Notes under the pieces: model-generated
What the model saw: only the letters and a program-made list of their open reading frames with translations
What the model was told of the DNA's origin: nothing
Databases searched by the model: none
DNA from: a virus
Taxonomy: Duplodnaviria > Caudoviricetes
IMG/VR virus record: IMGVR_UViG_3300036806_000195
Coordinates: 1 to 59,712 of that record
Length of the DNA stretch: 59,712 bases
Direction: 5' to 3' (one strand)
In this document: positions 1 through 7,745 of the stretch, piece after piece
Layout of the letters: each line of letters begins with the position of its first letter
How positions within the stretch are numbered: position 1 is the stretch's first letter
Translations under genes and position numbers: made by a program

Positions 1-127
1 AATTTTTATGTCTCTTATGCCCAGTCCTCTTTCAACTGAGGTCGATTTCAACTCATTCACAGCAAAAAGGGAAGGTGACGTAAACAACTTTGATCTAGCG
101 CCACTTAAACCCAGTCGCTTGATTTTT
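1..127. repeat. Terminal direct repeat identical to 59586-59712 (circular assembly overlap)
   Basis: aatttttatgtctcttatgccc...cgcttgattttt occurs at both ends; 127 bp matches a common assembler k-mer; the ORF reads through the junction. Confidence 0.95.
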
Positions 128-781
128 GCCAGTGAAAGCCTAAAAAGCCAGTCGCTGAATCCTGCCAAGATCAAACAACTGACGGGAGGCGACAGGATAC
201 GAGCTTGTTTTAAGCACAAGAACTTTTTTGAGTACAGACCTCAGTTTAAGGTCTGGATGCTTTCAAACTGGCCTGTGAATGGAGACCCTGAGGATGATGC
301 TTTGTGGGGCCGTGTTCGGGTGATTGAGTTTCCCAATAGTTTTCTAGGCAAGGAAGACAAATCTAAGAAAGAGAGGCTTAGGGACCCAGAAGCTCTAGAA
401 GGTATTCTAGCCTGGGTTATAGAAGGGGCTATAGCGTGGTATGCATTAGGATCATCAGGATTGACTACTCCTGACGTTATAGCAACAACTACTAAGAAAC
501 AGCGTGAAGAGCTAGACTATGTACAGCAGTGGCTAGACGAATGTTGTGAAGAGAACGAAGGGTACTGGACATCGAATGAGGACGTTAGCAAAAGCTATGC
601 TGCATGGTGTAAGGGAAATAACGTGCAATTCCCCAAGGGTCCGAAAGCTCTAGCTCAGAGTCTGCAAGCCAAAGGTTTTATCACCGGTGTGCAAAAAAAA
701 GTTGAGGGTAAAAACAAAAAGGGTGTAAACGGGCTCTACATCTACCCTGAGAGTCATGAAGAATTTGGAGGTAACGGGTAA
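1..781 (+). CDS. C-terminal part of primase-polymerase/D5-like (P4-type) SF3 helicase; gene starts at 58012 and spans the circular junction
   Basis: IKQLTGGDRIRACFKHKNFFEYRPQFK and LWGRVRVIEF are typical D5/P4 helicase motifs; in frame with ATG 58012. Confidence 0.9.
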   Translation, partial: IFMSLMPSPLSTEVDFNSFTAKREGDVNNFDLAPLKPSRLIFASESLKSQSLNPAKIKQLTGGDRIRACFKHKNFFEYRPQFKVWMLSNWPVNGDPEDDALWGRVRVIEFPNSFLGKEDKSKKERLRDPEALEGILAWVIEGAIAWYALGSSGLTTPDVIATTTKKQREELDYVQQWLDECCEENEGYWTSNEDVSKSYAAWCKGNNVQFPKGPKALAQSLQAKGFITGVQKKVEGKNKKGVNGLYIYPESHEEFGGNG

Positions 782-873
782 CGATCCGTAACGTGAGTCC
801 AGGGTTTTTCGCTTTATATATTTTATACGCGAGATCTTATAGGAATGAAACGTTACAAACGTTACCCGTTACC
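770..873. promoter_or_regulatory. Putative replication origin: inverted GTAACG/CGTTAC repeats around an AT-rich core
   Basis: ggtaacgggtaacg (770-783) and cgttacccgttacc (860-873) form a perfect 14-bp inverted repeat, with a third hexamer on each side; directly after the primase-helicase. Confidence 0.6.
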
Positions 874-892
874 ATGAAAAAAGGATAATAAG

Positions 893-1168
893 ATGGCATT
901 CATTTGTGGACTGGTAGACCCAAGGACTGATGAAGTTAGGTATATTGGACAGACAAAATATCAGTACAGACGCTATGAGCAACACATTAAGAACTTGGAC
1001 AAGAAAAATGTAGAAAAACAAGAATGGATAGCAGAACTCAAAGGTGTTGGACTGCTTCCGACGCGCGTCATTCTAGAGAGTGATGTTGAGTGGGAGAAAA
1101 GGTTTGAACGTGAGAAGTACTGGATACGTCATTATCGGGAACAAGGTTTATCGCTAACAAATTTGTAG
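893..1168 (+). CDS. GIY-YIG nuclease family protein
   Basis: FICGLVDPRTDEVRYIGQT...R...H...EKYWI pattern. Confidence 0.7.
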   Translation: MAFICGLVDPRTDEVRYIGQTKYQYRRYEQHIKNLDKKNVEKQEWIAELKGVGLLPTRVILESDVEWEKRFEREKYWIRHYREQGLSLTNL

Positions 1169-1218
1169 CAAATCATATAGTCAATGACTATAGTAAAACA
1201 GGATAGGAGCAAGATTAG

Positions 1219-1515
1219 ATGAAACCAACACAAGTACACTGTAAAAGTGCTCATTATGTAGTAGATGGGAAAGATATCTATATCCCGATTATATGCCTGG
1301 GATGTCAGAAAAAAGGGCTGGTCTTGGTGTATAACCCTGTGGAAGCGAGAATGGAGGCTATGTGCAGCGCAAGAGAGGACCAGATAGGCAGATTTATCAA
1401 AGGGTGCGATAAAGTCTCTTTTGCTGTACCAATGACAGAACACGAGTTCAATACCATTGTAGATGACCCTCACACGACTGACTACTTCTTCTATCTCAAG
1501 ACACTATCGATGTAG
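1219..1515 (+). CDS. hypothetical protein
   Basis: ORF with AGGAG RBS, in operon. Confidence 0.6.
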   Translation: MKPTQVHCKSAHYVVDGKDIYIPIICLGCQKKGLVLVYNPVEARMEAMCSAREDQIGRFIKGCDKVSFAVPMTEHEFNTIVDDPHTTDYFFYLKTLSM

Positions 1516-1528
1516 GAGGGACCCAGCA

Positions 1529-1804
1529 ATGCCAACACTCAGCCAAGCACTCTACAGCCTATCCCAGCACTATGACCTGTCGTTGGTCTACGAGCTAGAG
1601 CCTATACAGACAGAACGCCTCGTAGAGCTTGCATTAACTTGCAATAATCCATCGTGGCGGCGTGCTGACATTGCACTACTAGACCTGTTCATAGCTCCAA
1701 TTGCAGGGAGTGAGGCAAACCATCCACTCTTGCGCAAGAGCAGGTATGAAGACGAATTGAAGGCATTTATAGACTGGCTGGTACCAGAAAGTGAGGCATC
1801 ATAA
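1529..1804 (+). CDS. hypothetical protein
   Basis: AGGAGG RBS before ATG 1529 (start shifted from track). Confidence 0.6.
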   Translation: MPTLSQALYSLSQHYDLSLVYELEPIQTERLVELALTCNNPSWRRADIALLDLFIAPIAGSEANHPLLRKSRYEDELKAFIDWLVPESEAS

Positions 1805-2037
1805 TGGTAAGTCGATTAGAGATGTGGACAAGTTATCCACACTGTGCACAAAAGCGAGACCTGCTGATCAACTACAGCGAAGTCGAGTCCTTCATCACGC
1901 TAGGACGTTCAGCACTTGCACCTGATGAGTTTGTGCGACTGTCGAAGAGATACGCGCTGAGTAGAGAGCAACGCGAAGTAGTGGATAAAGTGAGATTGCA
2001 GGGATGGAATGCACTAGCGAAGGAGAGAGCAGGATGA
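1804..2037 (+). CDS. hypothetical protein
   Basis: overlapping stop/start coupling. Confidence 0.55.
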   Translation: MVSRLEMWTSYPHCAQKRDLLINYSEVESFITLGRSALAPDEFVRLSKRYALSREQREVVDKVRLQGWNALAKERAG

Positions 2038-2471
2038 GCTACGACATTTACATTGGCAATGCAGAACCTTACGAGGAAGAAGAGGACTATCGCGATCAAT
2101 TTACTGTCAATCGGGTAACACTACCTGAAGCACCAACGTTCCCAGGCGATGGGATGACAGGCAATAGCAACAGTCGTCACCCTGGATATATCGGCTGGGG
2201 AAACTTCTGTAACAAAACAAGATTAGGCAATCTTTTCTTTGACGCAAAAACTGGCCTTATGCGTGAACATCCAGGCATTGTTGAGTTGCAAGAAGAGCAT
2301 GCGCAAGCCATAGAAAAAGTTCTTGCTAAGTGGCGAGAGAACCATTCTGATGCTGTGCCTGGATTTGGCAGCGATTTGTATGATCCTATTCTTGCTCGGC
2401 TTATCTGGCTTGACTTCTGGGTGAAATGGGCACTCAAGAATTGTGAACGTCCAGCTATCCATAATCACTAA
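2034..2471 (+). CDS. hypothetical protein
   Basis: ATGA overlap with upstream gene; globular sequence. Confidence 0.65.
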   Translation: MSYDIYIGNAEPYEEEEDYRDQFTVNRVTLPEAPTFPGDGMTGNSNSRHPGYIGWGNFCNKTRLGNLFFDAKTGLMREHPGIVELQEEHAQAIEKVLAKWRENHSDAVPGFGSDLYDPILARLIWLDFWVKWALKNCERPAIHNH

Positions 2472-2483
2472 GGAGCAAGTTTC

Positions 2484-2786
2484 ATGATTACACAAGAGCA
2501 ACTCTTCGAGACAGCAGTAGCGCCACCAAAGCCACCAGTACCGCCAAAGTCTGCAATACTCGCAGAGCCACTCGGCACATGCTGCAAGTGTGAGGAGCCA
2601 GCAACGAGACGCTCTCCAAGCGGAAAGTACATTTACTGCGAGACACATGGTAAATGTGGTGGTAGAACGGCTAAGACAACGGCATTAGGTGTAAGTATGG
2701 ATGTATGCGGTAGAAGTGTTGAAGAGTTTGTGAAGCATCCAACGATAGGTATATGGGTATGTCCGTGTATGTTGGAGGTGAGATAG
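2484..2786 (+). CDS. Cys-rich hypothetical protein
   Basis: AAGGAG RBS; CCKC, CETH, CPC motifs. Confidence 0.6.
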   Translation: MITQEQLFETAVAPPKPPVPPKSAILAEPLGTCCKCEEPATRRSPSGKYIYCETHGKCGGRTAKTTALGVSMDVCGRSVEEFVKHPTIGIWVCPCMLEVR

Positions 2787-3230
2787 ATGAGTGAGCCATT
2801 CCTGCAAGCGACCTTGCCTCTGCCGACTTCAACCAATGCGTCGAGAGTGCCTGTGAATGGCCGTCTCATCTCAAGTAGAGAGCTCAAGCAATTCAAGAGT
2901 GATGCTCACATGCTCCTCATTAAGACAGTCCTTGATATGCCAGATGAGGATAAAAGCGAGTATCTACGAATAAAGAACATGGTACTCGCTGCAAGTAAAA
3001 CGAGGAACAAGAAGATACCCATAGCTCTAGATATCACCGCCTATCTAGAGACGTTGTGGAGGCGCGATACGAGCAATTTTATCAAAGCTCTAGAAGATGT
3101 GGTATTCGAGCATATGGGTATCAACGACAATCTTGTGGTGGATATTCACATCAGGAAAGAAGTTGATAGAGCGCATCCAAGAGTTGAGATAGCTATTCGT
3201 ATTTTTGAGGAGGTAGGTGTAACAGCATGA
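2787..3230 (+). CDS. rusA: RusA-family Holliday junction resolvase
   Basis: LPLPTSTN, RRDTSNFIKALEDVV, INDNLVV, PRVEIAI motifs. Confidence 0.85.
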   Translation: MSEPFLQATLPLPTSTNASRVPVNGRLISSRELKQFKSDAHMLLIKTVLDMPDEDKSEYLRIKNMVLAASKTRNKKIPIALDITAYLETLWRRDTSNFIKALEDVVFEHMGINDNLVVDIHIRKEVDRAHPRVEIAIRIFEEVGVTA

Positions 3231-3562
3231 AAGCAACTGAAGAGATCAAGCCAAACTATGCAGCCGTCTACGCTGCGGCGCTCTATCCTCAGCTCTGTAC
3301 GATTTTTCAGCAACACGGGTATGCTCTCGCTGTACATGGAAGCTTAGCGAGAGACTTTGATGTGATAGCTGTACCGTGGTCCGAGAAGGTAAGCAGACCA
3401 GAGGCTGTGATCAAAGAGATAACGGACGGCTTTGTCATTCATGTGATTGGTGAGCCAACAACAAAGCATCATGGCAGAGTTGCTTATCTCATCTCGGTAG
3501 GATTTGGAGAGTGCGCTATTGATCTGTCATTCTTTCCCAACGTCGAGAATGCGGGTTTTTGA
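3227..3562 (+). CDS. Minimal nucleotidyltransferase-like protein
   Basis: AVHGSLARDFDVIAVPW (GS..DxD) plus downstream IDL. Confidence 0.5.
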   Translation: MKATEEIKPNYAAVYAAALYPQLCTIFQQHGYALAVHGSLARDFDVIAVPWSEKVSRPEAVIKEITDGFVIHVIGEPTTKHHGRVAYLISVGFGECAIDLSFFPNVENAGF

Positions 3563-3667
3563 TGGACGTAGAGAGAAAGAGGCAGCATTGGTAGAGTTAG
3601 ATGACTCAATGGCAGTGCAATTTTTGCTCTCTCAGATTTGGCTGTCAATGCGAAATAGGAGGTATGT

Positions 3668-3883
3668 ATGTCAGGTGGTATTCCTGCCAAATATCCAGGG
3701 ACATGTACGGCGTGTGGACTTCGTTTCAAAGCAGGTACATACATCACGTGGGACCCAGCAACAAAGAAGGCTCAGCACTTCCAGAAATGTCCTAAGCCGT
3801 CGTATGATGGCACTGAGCAGAAGAATACGTTTGATGTGTGGATTGATGCGTTTCAGAAGATGGAAGGAAAGAAAGAATGGTAG
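3668..3883 (+). CDS. small zinc-ribbon hypothetical protein
   Basis: AGGAGG RBS; AKYPGTCTACG...HFQKC. Confidence 0.6.
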   Translation: MSGGIPAKYPGTCTACGLRFKAGTYITWDPATKKAQHFQKCPKPSYDGTEQKNTFDVWIDAFQKMEGKKEW

Positions 3884-4146
3884 CTACAAACAGAGAAGAT
3901 GGTGGAAAGCTTGCTAAGAATGCGCAAATAAGATGGCTGCGCACTCAAGAGGGCTTTCAGCATTCTCAGATAACAACGTGGGAAGAATTGCCTGAAGAGT
4001 GCAAGGAAGAATATAGATGTATATGGGAAGCAATAGCAGTTCCATATTTAGATGTTATTAAAGGAATAAGAGAAGGATTTTCTGAATTGCATGAAGCTAT
4101 TGACATGCTTTCTTTGTTAGAGATAAAAGAAGAAAAGAGTGAGTGA
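3877..4146 (+). CDS. hypothetical protein
   Basis: coupled ORF; WEELPEECKEEYR motif. Confidence 0.55.
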   Translation: MVATNREDGGKLAKNAQIRWLRTQEGFQHSQITTWEELPEECKEEYRCIWEAIAVPYLDVIKGIREGFSELHEAIDMLSLLEIKEEKSE

Positions 4147-4201
4147 GATGCAAGAGGATGAGAACGGGTATCGATTGAGGTTGACGAGTAGGCTATAATG
4201 A

Positions 4202-4229
4202 CTTCAAGATAATTATCCTTATTCTGAAC
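4202..4229. promoter_or_regulatory. dif-like tyrosine recombinase core site (11-6-11)
   Basis: cttcaagATAA-ttatcc-TTATtctgaac, between TATAAT (4194-4199) and the recombinase start. Confidence 0.65.
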
Positions 4230-4255
4230 TGACGACTTCCAGAGAAGAGATTGTT

Positions 4256-5284
4256 ATGCAAGAACTGACTCCACAGGCCTCTACCGAAATATTCACCAAT
4301 TATAGCTACATGCTTGAAAATGGTGAGAATATTGACATATCTTTACCTGCTATCGTTGTAGAACACGATAGCCGTCTTGTAGGTTTGTGGCTCAGCAGCA
4401 AGTCCCTGAAGTCTCAACAGGCTTACGCTCATGAAATCGCTCGTTTCTATCGAATTGCACAAAAGCCTGTACAGCAGGTTATTATCGACGACTTGTATGC
4501 TTTCATGAAACATCCAGAAGTACAGAAATTAAAAGCATCTTCGCAATCACGCGCTCTTGCTGCCGTTAAAAGCCTGCTTACTTATGCCTCTAATGCTGCT
4601 GTTGGCGTTTTGCCCGTCAATGTAGGTGTGGCTATAAAACTTCCCAAAGTTGAGGATACGCTAGCTGAGCGCATTATGAGTGAGCAGAGCATTGATGACA
4701 TGATACGCAAAGAGTCCAATCCAAAGTATCAAGCAATGCTCGAATTGCTTTATTTTGGAGCTTTGCGCGTAGAGGAACTGTGTAACCTCAAATGGAGGCA
4801 TCTGCAAGAACGTGACCAGACAGGCCAAATTGCTGTCTACGGCAAGGGAAAACACACGCGCTATGTCCTGCTCGACAGCGACACATGGGCAAAGATTTGG
4901 GCTTTACGTGCTACCTCGACCAGGACTGGAGCTGAGGACTACGTGTTTAGCTCTCGACAGGCGAAAAAGCGGGCAGGGGAAGATGGAACCGAGATCAGGG
5001 ATTACAGGTTGGATGAGTCGCGAGTTCACCAGATCGTGAGAGCTGCAGCAGACAGAGCAGGCATAGCAATAGGAAAAGTATCACCTCACTGGATGAGACA
5101 TGCTCATGCGACTCATGCTCTAGACAATGGAGAGCCGATTAGTTTAGTGCAGCAGACGCTGGGACACAAGAGTGTCGCGACTACTGGCAGATATTTGCAT
5201 GTAAGGCCAAACGCGAGTACTGCTCTAGGATTAAGGTCAGCGCAAAAGAGAAGGAATGAGGGAAAGAATGCCGAGAGAGAGTAA
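4256..5284 (+). CDS. XerC/D-like tyrosine recombinase
   Basis: catalytic set LRVEE, GKG, HWMRH, LGH, TTGRY; core-binding N-domain. Confidence 0.93.
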   Translation: MQELTPQASTEIFTNYSYMLENGENIDISLPAIVVEHDSRLVGLWLSSKSLKSQQAYAHEIARFYRIAQKPVQQVIIDDLYAFMKHPEVQKLKASSQSRALAAVKSLLTYASNAAVGVLPVNVGVAIKLPKVEDTLAERIMSEQSIDDMIRKESNPKYQAMLELLYFGALRVEELCNLKWRHLQERDQTGQIAVYGKGKHTRYVLLDSDTWAKIWALRATSTRTGAEDYVFSSRQAKKRAGEDGTEIRDYRLDESRVHQIVRAAADRAGIAIGKVSPHWMRHAHATHALDNGEPISLVQQTLGHKSVATTGRYLHVRPNASTALGLRSAQKRRNEGKNAERE

Positions 5285-5666
5285 GTATAAATTCTGGGAC
5301 AAGCACAACAAAGTATGGGTAGGGCCATACACTTTGAAGCAATTAGCAGATGAGGATGCATTCAGCTCTGACAGGGAATGGAAAGCTATTTGCAGTAAGT
5401 GGGAGTGCTATGAGTCAGTTGAGTATACAGGGCTCAAAGACTGCAAAGGACAGGAGATATACGAGTCTGATATTGTGCGCATTAATCATCCTCACGATAT
5501 GACGGGAGACTTTACCAACGCGATTGGAGAAGTATTCTGGTGGAATGAGGAAGGCGGATGGTACCACGGGAATGGGAACGGCAGGCCACCTAAACGCATG
5601 CGGAAGTATGCAGAGGTGATAGGCAACATCTACGAGAACAGCGAGCTCTTGCAGAAGCAAGATTGA
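5268..5666 (+). CDS. YopX family protein
   Basis: EYTGLKDCKGQEIYESDIV and EVIGNIYENSELL. Confidence 0.85.
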   Translation: MPRESKYKFWDKHNKVWVGPYTLKQLADEDAFSSDREWKAICSKWECYESVEYTGLKDCKGQEIYESDIVRINHPHDMTGDFTNAIGEVFWWNEEGGWYHGNGNGRPPKRMRKYAEVIGNIYENSELLQKQD

Positions 5667-5672
5667 CGCAAG

Positions 5673-5795
5673 TGCTACACTGAGGATGCCATCGTAGTGT
5701 GAGTCCGCCGCCTGACTCGAGCAGGTTACAACGAGGGTGTGCAGTGAAAGCGCGGACAAGAGCCTCTCTTTGGGCAACTGAAGAGAGGCTCTTAT
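5673..5795 (+). ncRNA. Candidate structured small RNA with its own promoter and terminator
   Basis: TGCTACACT extended -10 at 5673; gtccgc/gcggac and gcctg/caggt stems; 13-bp hairpin 5758-5793. Confidence 0.45.
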
Positions 5796-5910
5796 TATGC
5801 CCAAATTCATCCTCACCAGAAGCTTCCTAGACCCTCTTACCTCGACACATTGGTACAAAGTACCACCTCTCGCATATGCCTCTCAATCGCACTCAGAGCT
5901 ATGTCAGTGT

Positions 5911-5966
5911 AAAATCTATAGAAATCTACAAGCTTTCACAGAAATATGTAGATTTCTATAGATTTT
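5911..5966. repeat. 20-bp perfect inverted repeat with 16-bp spacer upstream of the RNA cluster
   Basis: aaaatctatagaaatctaca / tgtagatttctatagatttt; TGTTATGCT -10-like element follows. Confidence 0.85.
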
Positions 5967-6061
5967 TCTGTTATGCTTGAGATGAATTCAGATCTTTTGA
6001 TCATAGGTCAGTGTAGCGCATGGGGGAGAGCGTTATGCTGACCTACCATACGAGTAGTTAT

Positions 6062-6146
6062 GTGCATGCCGCTGACGGTAAAGTGGATTACTCATCATGA
6101 AATAAGGGTGAGTACAGTCCTGTAGGTTCGACTCCTGCCATGCACA
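6062..6146 (+). ncRNA. tRNA-like RNA with non-canonical anticodon arm
   Basis: acceptor gtgcatg/catgcac, T-arm gtagg-ttcgact-cctgc, 8-bp stem with 10-nt loop in place of the anticodon arm. Confidence 0.6.
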
Positions 6147-6148
6147 CC

Positions 6149-6209
6149 GTCGCCTATCATGGTGACTCATTGGACGCAATGATGACAGGATCGTGACCTG
6201 CTAGGCGAC
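6149..6209 (+). ncRNA. Degenerate short tRNA-like element
   Basis: gtcgccta/taggcgac closing stem, tcattg/caatga hairpin, cagg-atcgtga-cctg T-like arm. Confidence 0.35.
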
Positions 6210-6222
6210 CGAACTAGATCAA

Positions 6223-6297
6223 GCATGAGTAGCTTAGTTGGTGAAAGCGCTGTCTTCATAAGACAGAGATGCGCGAGTTCAAATCTCGCCTCATGCA
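6223..6297 (+). tRNA. tRNA with CAT anticodon (Met or Ile2); no encoded CCA
   Basis: gcatgag/ctcatgc acceptor, ctgtc-ttCATaa-gacag, gcgag-ttcaaat-ctcgc. Confidence 0.85.
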
Positions 6298-6302
6298 CGT
6301 AT

Positions 6303-6374
6303 TCTCCCTTAGCTCAGTGGCAGAGCGCGAGCGTGAAGACCTCGGCGTCGGTGGTTCAATTCCATCAGGGAGAG
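6303..6374 (+). tRNA. tRNA-Phe(GAA), with a C-C mismatch closing the anticodon stem; no encoded CCA
   Basis: tctccct/agggaga acceptor, gctc-agtggca-gagc D-arm, loop gtGAAga, ggtgg-ttcaatt-ccatc. Confidence 0.75.
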
Positions 6375-6376
6375 CT

Positions 6377-6578
6377 TGGAGAGTGGCGGAAAGTGTGTAG
6401 ACGCTAAGAAAAGAATCCGGCTCAAGAAGTTCTCTGTTAGCCCGCTGTCAGGAGCATAGGCGTGGTTCCGAAAGGGTAAGGCCTGACGACAGAGAAGATC
6501 GCGAGTATCTGCGTAAGGAAAAATCAAGCTGCCGACGCCGGGTAGCAGCATGCAACGTTCAAATCGTTGCCTCTCCAC
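6377..6578 (+). ncRNA. ~200-nt tRNA-like RNA with a large structured insertion replacing the anticodon arm
   Basis: tggagag/ctctcca acceptor, Leu-like D region tggcggaaagtgtgtagacgc, T-arm gcaacg-ttcaaat-cgttgc; internal stems ttctctgtt/gacagagaa and gtcagg/cctgac. Confidence 0.65.
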
Positions 6579-6603
6579 TAAGACAGGAAGTAAGGATAGT
6601 TAA

Positions 6604-7098
6604 ATGTCATCAGGATATAATCAGAATTTATCATCAAATGCATTAGATGTTTGGAGAAAACAGTTATTGGGAAGTCGCAAGAAAAGAATATTCATGACTG
6701 TAGGACTGCCGGCATCAGGTAAGACCACATGGGCTAGAGAATATGTGACAAGCAATCTGAGTACCATCAGAGTGAATAAGGATGAAATAAGGCAAATGCT
6801 TCACAATGGTATCTACTCAGAGGGTCGCGAGGAATTCGTTATAGCGATTCGCAACTCTATCATTAGAACGGCTCTAGATGCTGGCTGTGATGTTATCGTT
6901 GATGATACGAACTTTAATCCTAAGCATCAAATGAGCATATCTGCAATAGCCCATGAATACGATGCTCTCGTAGAGATTAAAAACTTCACTGATGTTCCTT
7001 TGGAGGTATGTTTAGAGCGTAATCATGAGAGAGGATATCCTGTCCCCCAAGAGGCTATTGAACGAATGCATGAGCAGTATGTGAAGGTGGAAGACTGA
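6604..7098 (+). CDS. Polynucleotide 5'-kinase (T4 Pnk kinase domain / AAA_33-like)
   Basis: VGLPASGKTT, VNKDEIR, VIVDDTNF, PLEVCLERN..R..PVP..IERM. Confidence 0.85.
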   Translation: MSSGYNQNLSSNALDVWRKQLLGSRKKRIFMTVGLPASGKTTWAREYVTSNLSTIRVNKDEIRQMLHNGIYSEGREEFVIAIRNSIIRTALDAGCDVIVDDTNFNPKHQMSISAIAHEYDALVEIKNFTDVPLEVCLERNHERGYPVPQEAIERMHEQYVKVED

Positions 7099-7376
7099 TG
7101 ATATCAACTTTAGTAGCAACACGTGAGGGCCATTGGGGTGCCTATGCGCTCTCTGATGAGCAATTGCAGAAGAAAGAGCAGCCAACGTATCTATCGCCAT
7201 ATCTCTATCCTTCTGATGTGTGGCAGGCGATAAAGCCTCTGCTCAGTGAAGGTGAGAGTGATGGATAGGTTGCCAACGCGGTCGCATGGTGTGCAGAGAG
7301 ATAGCGTTGATGCGAGTATCGCCGGATTGCTGGTGTTCTTGGCTGGACTGGCCATCGGAATGATCTTTGAGAAAAG

Positions 7377-7643
7377 GTGGCAGAGGTGAGTGAACGTTGT
7401 CAAAATGAGCTAACAAAGATAGCAGAAAATGACAAACCTGAAAAAGAGTGTGACCATCAAGGCCATTATCGACTTGTGAATGGATTGCATGTAGCTATTC
7501 GCATGTGTGTGCAGTGTGGGAAGTCGTGGCGAATGCCAACACAAGGCGATTACATCTTTGGAGATCATCCAGTAGCAGAGTGGGAGCCAATCAAAGAGGG
7601 CTTAGAAGTTGAAGAGCGCATCTTGCCAGATTATGAAGAGTGA
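7377..7643 (+). CDS. hypothetical protein (CDH...CVQC)
   Basis: ORF upstream of terminase; start uncertain. Confidence 0.5.
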   Translation: MAEVSERCQNELTKIAENDKPEKECDHQGHYRLVNGLHVAIRMCVQCGKSWRMPTQGDYIFGDHPVAEWEPIKEGLEVEERILPDYEE

Positions 7644-7745
7644 ACTATGCAACTTCTGATAGGGCTCGTTGCGGGGATTGTATTGACGGTTGTGTGTGGT
7701 GTTCTACATAGAGCTGAGGGGGAATCCACCGTGGTAGGGTAACTG

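Noticed and set aside
6225-6578. ORFs 6225-6407 (+) and 6309-6578 (-)
   Set aside because: They overlap tRNA and tRNA-like genes and are likely spurious translations
6377-6578. tmRNA or group I intron-containing tRNA-Leu
   Set aside because: No alanine-type acceptor or tag ORF, no recognisable P7 core, and no anticodon stem halves to rejoin; kept as an unknown RNA
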